Assembly (NCBI GenBank): GCA_036172245.1
Contig: JAYWIR010000006.1
Location: 2,232,001 to 2,296,000, forward strand
From: Raillietiella orientalis
Lineage: Eukaryota
DNA: 64,000 nucleotides
Direction of reading: 5' to 3'
This document shows, piece after piece, positions 59,401-64,000 of the stretch; within the stretch, counting starts at the first letter, position 1, and every line of letters starts with the position of its first letter. The notes below the pieces were generated by a model. It was not told the origin of the DNA. It saw only the letters and a list, made by a program, of their open reading frames with translations, and did no database searches. A program made the position numbers and the translations under genes.

Positions 59401-62400
59401 GTCAGTCCGCCAGGAGGAGGAGCCCGAAACCGAAAGCCTTTCGCGCGTCGTCTCCAGCCGAAAGGTGCACGCGTCCACAGTAAAGTCCCCGATACGAAAG
59501 TGATGGTGACAGTCGTTTCCTCCCGCGTTCTGAGCGAGCGGGTGATTCGAATGACGCGCCAACCAGCAGCAGCTCCAGGAAAATACCAGGAGAGGGACGG
59601 GGCGGTGGTTAGTTCCGCCTCCGTCCTCTGTTGCCTCTTCAGCGGACGGGCTCCTTAGCTTTTTCGGGCGGAGTGCAATTGCGCTGGAGATAGGGGGCTT
59701 TAGAGCCCCCGGCGCAAACGGGTGAAAAGAGATGGGGAGCTTCAGGGCCAAGCGACCTGGAAGCGCTCGCATGCTCTTTCGTTCCTACCCGCGGCACTGC
59801 TGTCGAGAGCTGCAGGAGCCCTCAGCCGACCACGTGGAAGGTGAGGATGCGCAGCGAAGGCACAGAGGCGCCCGTGGCCACGGGCGCAGTCCGCCTGTGA
59901 CGAGAGCATCTTCCGTGGATACCATCCTCTGCCTCTCTCTACACCGACATGATGGGACCCGGAGATTTGCCGCGAGCAAGCGCGCACCGCACCACGGTGG
60001 TGGAAAATCATACTTCATCAGGATCTTTGATAGAGTGTGATTATCACGGTGGTGGATGTAACCCAAATCGGTCACCACCCGTTTCCCGGAGACTCAGCGT
60101 CGAGACTTTTTGTTCTTGTTCCAGACCCCGAGGCGTGCACGCGCGCATGAGACACGGGAGATTCCCCGCTTGCGAGGAAAACTGTCGATGGGAAAGTTCC
60201 CCTGAGCTTCCGGGAAGAGAAGGAGGAAAGAAAGGGGTGGGGGAAAGGGACGAATCCGCCGATGGAAGACACACGTTTTCTCCCAAGGACGACCACTTGC
60301 CTCCGGGACGTTCCCTGGAAAGAAAGGGAGGAGAGGGGGGAGTTTCCATTTTCGGCGGGAAACAGTCATACAAAGGGGGGTCAAAGGAAGCGCACCCGTG
60401 CACAAGAGTCCAAAGAGGGGGTTTCCAGGTCGTTGGCTGTTTCTGAGACAAAGGAGCGAACCGGGAGTGCTTTCCTTCCAGGAACGATTGCATCACTCCC
60501 AGGGAGCAGCGTCTCTTTGCTTATCGGGAGTTTTCCCGGAGCCCTCCCCGGTCTTGCGCTTATCGGGCAGACGTTACACCTTGCTCGGCCAGGCAGAGCT
60601 GCCAGCGTGCCACCACGCGCGCGTCTTCGCCAGCAGATCGCCGCCTCCTCTTCTGTTCTCGACGTCCGCAAGTCCAAGAGCGTGTCCTTTCTCCCATTTT
60701 CTCTCGAAAGAGAGCGTCTTCATCGGCAGGGAGTATCGCCTGCACTGCCCCCTCCCCCTCCCTCCATTCCCTCCCTCCTGATCCTTCTCGGATGTTTCAG
60801 AGACCCCGCTTTCCGCTGGCTCGGGGCAAACGCTTCTTCAGCCGGGAAGAAAAAAGAAACGTCCACATCTTCTATCCCAGTGCTGCCGGTTCCCCCGGAC
60901 GAGGGAGAGGAGAAAGGGCATACCACGCTTTTCGTCCAGGCCCTTTGCGACTCTCCTCTTTCCAAATGCACATCCTGTCCTGAATCGACCCTCTCTGTCT
61001 CTCGCCGGAAGCAGGATCTCTGGCTGGGACTCTGGAAGGGGACTGGGGACCCAGCGGCTACACTTTCCATACGCCCTCCCGAGTGGACCTCCTAGACGGA
61101 CGCGAGGGGAACCTTCAGATCTGCCTGCGCCTTCATCCAATTAGAAAGAGGAGATGGCAGGAGACAGCGCGTCCACAACGTTCCTTCGACAACCGGAAGA
61201 GGTTTCTCTTGGTGAGGGAGGAGAGAGGACTGAAGACAGAAGAGTGGTTTTCCAAGGTAACCAAAGTTAGGTTCGCCAGCGGGTGAGCAGCAGAAGGCAC
61301 ATGCGGGGAGTCGGCAAGGGACGACTTGCTCATTCACGAGAGGCATCAGGGCATGCGATAGAGTCCTCCAGGGGAGCACAGGTCCTGACTCATCTGCGAC
61401 GCTCCCCCTCCCCTCCCATCTCACTCTCTCCTCTCCTTCCCGCGAAACGCCGTCTTTTCCAGAAGCAGAAGGAAAAACAGGGATCGATCAGGACCTCTCC
61501 TATCGCGGAACTGCCCGAAGATGTTCGTGCCGTGACTCCTCACGAAAGGGAATGCTCGTTCACAGTGAATCTTCGAATGCAATTGCTTCCGGAGTTCCTG
61601 TACGGGAGCAGTTGGCTTCCCACTTTCTTGGCTGATAGCTCATGAGAACGAAGAGGTGGAGGGCGAGAAAGTCAAAGAGGGATGAAGAGGATGAAAAAAA
61701 AAAAAAAAAGAGGAAGAACGATTGGAAGAGTAGATGAGTTGAAGAGGAAACTTTCAGAGGAACACGGAGAGAAGGAAGGTTGACACGCTTGCCTTACGAG
61801 AGGAAGGAATAATCTTCGAAGGAATGGGAATTTTGCCCACATTCCTCCGAGAGAAGATCATGGGTGACAGACTCTCTACTTAAGGCGGCCATCTCAAAGC
61901 CTGGAGACAACGCATAAAGTAGAAGCAAAGGGGAGCGGGAGGACGACAATTGCAAAACATAAAACTAACATGTAGCCCCTGCAAACTTGGCGCGGGAAGT
62001 ACGACCAAAGGGGATGGATGGAATTCCCGAAAAACTCGCCTCTGCTCCGTTCGCCGTCCGGCATCAACGAAGAGCATGGGAAAGGGACTCTGTGTTGGCA
62101 ATCCTAGGGGGAATGAATACTCGAGGAAATGGATTGACATTAAGGAGCCTCTCCCGAGGACCAGAAACGATGATGAAGGTCGCGCGGAAAGGCAGGTACA
62201 GAACACCCACCTCGAGGCGGCGCTCGAGGGAGAAGTCGGCGCAGGTGTGATGATGATGCATCTAGAGAGAGATCCGCAACCACCATCAACAGCACCAGCA
62301 GCGCGCGTTAAGAAGCGAGACGTCAGCTCCCCATCTCTCTTGCTTCCTCCCCGTTGCTGGACCCAGTAAACGTTCCGCTGCCCATCCTTCTCTTTCGGGC

Positions 62401-64000
62401 CCTTTCCAGCCTTCAACGGGAACTGTTAGACGGGGAACCTACGACCAAAAAGTGCCTCAAAGAATTCTTCTCCCTTTGAGAGTAGACTTCAGATCTGGGC
62501 AGCGGAGTGCAAGCAGGACTTTTCTGAAGCATTTCTTAACCTATAAACGTGATTTTCGCTTCATAACTCTGTGGCTCACTCTGTGACGCAGTGGGATCCG
62601 CTCGTGCTGATAGCCTCTACCTGTTATCGAGCGGTTTGTAGGTAGCCGAGCTCGCAGCGAGGGAAGAATGCACCAATAGAGAGCTTTCACATTCTCCTCC
62701 TCCTTCCTTTCAATTTTTCTGATGTTTTCTTGCCAATTCTCTGCAAGGGATGTCGTACGTGGGAAATCGAACGGTTGGAGGAGGTAGAGATAAACGGTTC
62801 GGCCCCGTTCGCACTGCCGCATCCTCCGAACTCGTCTTCCTGTTGGGGACCTTTATACCGGAGATGTGATTTTTCTTCCTTCCCTTTTCAAAGCTTCTTC
62901 GCGTCCCTCATTCGACAGTTGCAAGACCTTGGAACAGCTGCGTCTTATACAGGGGTAATGATATCTCCAATAAAGGCCCCAATAAGGGGATTCTCATTCG
63001 AAAACAAGCGTCGTGTTGCATCCTCCCGCGTGGGGGCCTGGAACTCAAGGAGAGCAAATGCCTCAAAGTACCTCGATTGCGCCGACGTCTTCTCAATAGG
63101 ATGCTCGAGAAGAAGAACGCATCCTCTCGTTCCCAGGTAATTTGTGCTCTATAGAGTCAAAGTGCCCCGAGCTCCATGAGAACCGATCGACCTGAAGGGA
63201 GTCTTTCCTTGCATGCTTCTCTTCAACAACATCCTGCTGTAGTACGAAACGGATAGCCGATGTCCTGACTAGCGGGGATGCAACATGGAATGCCTGGGAT
63301 GCGAGACTGGGACGAGAGCCCAGGACTGCATGCCCCATGCCCCATCCTTCCTCACACTCTTGGCTGTGAACTACAACAGCAGAAGAAAAAGCTGGGGGGA
63401 TGGAAACTCTCCTCTGGGACTTCATTGGTGCTGCGATGTTCAATGAAGTGGATAGCAGCACTGAAATGGCTCAGCTGCCAAGCTCGGGAAAGTACCGGGG
63501 TCTCCACGCAGTGGCATACTTGGAAATCAACGGCTTAAGTGTATTTCATAATCCGTCATGACGTCAGTGTTACCACGACGTTCTGTTTCGTACACGATGC
63601 GTTCTTGTCTTGCGAAACATCCGCAAAGAATGGGAATACGCTTCTCCTGCATCAGTGTCACGCATTCAGCACTCCTTGGCAACGCTGCAGAGGAGGAAAA
63701 CAAAAGCGAAAACTCGGTTTCTAACGGAAAGGACGTTTCAGTGCTAGCGAAAAGAAAGCGGCAGATGCACAACTTCCAGTGACCTCCAGTCTTCCGTATT
63801 CCTGTGAAGGCTCGGTGTAAACAAAGGAAAGCGACACTCGGAAGAAGCGGAGAAACTCAAAGAAATTCGGCTCGCTGGTCGGGAGCCAGGGGCACACCGC
63901 GAAAAATTGTTTCGTGTTGCGTGTCGCAGCAAACACTCTTCCGGAGTTGCCGAGAACCGGAATTTGCGGCTCTCATCCCGGCTGGCTTCATTTCTCAGCC

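Noticed and set aside
16..63936. Hundreds of long ORFs in the six-frame track (e.g. 782..2173, 15915..17432, 24315..25715, 33698..35311, 56023..57276)
   Set aside because: Arg/Pro/Gly/Ser-rich low-complexity translations expected from GC-rich, stop-poor DNA; they overlap on both strands and show no domains apart from the fw exons

Overview
GC-rich eukaryotic (animal, probably arthropod) genomic DNA with abundant CpG and many homopurine/homopyrimidine tracts. Almost all ORFs in the supplied track are spurious. One gene is well supported: a 19-exon + strand gene (ATG 687, TGA 37877-37879; 3432 nt CDS, about 1143 aa), assembled by hand from phase-compatible GT-AG junctions. It encodes a type I membrane protein: signal peptide, 1 CCP/sushi, F-type lectin (FTP) domain, C-type lectin domain, 10 CCP/sushi repeats, a TM helix and a Tyr-rich tail ending TVTVNGVAVNR. 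This architecture matches Drosophila Furrowed (fw); the orthology call rests on architecture and recalled motifs, not a database search. Introns are bimodal (52-122 nt versus up to 12.2 kb). I found no recognisable coding sequence in the ~26 kb downstream. Non-coding items: a 73-bp tandem repeat, two diverged copies of an unidentified dispersed repeat, decayed minisatellites and RFX X-box-like palindromes. I did not find a convincing novel system. The best leads are a possible splice switch that removes the signalling tail, degenerate lectin sites, modular sushi exons, the X-box cluster and the unidentified repeats.
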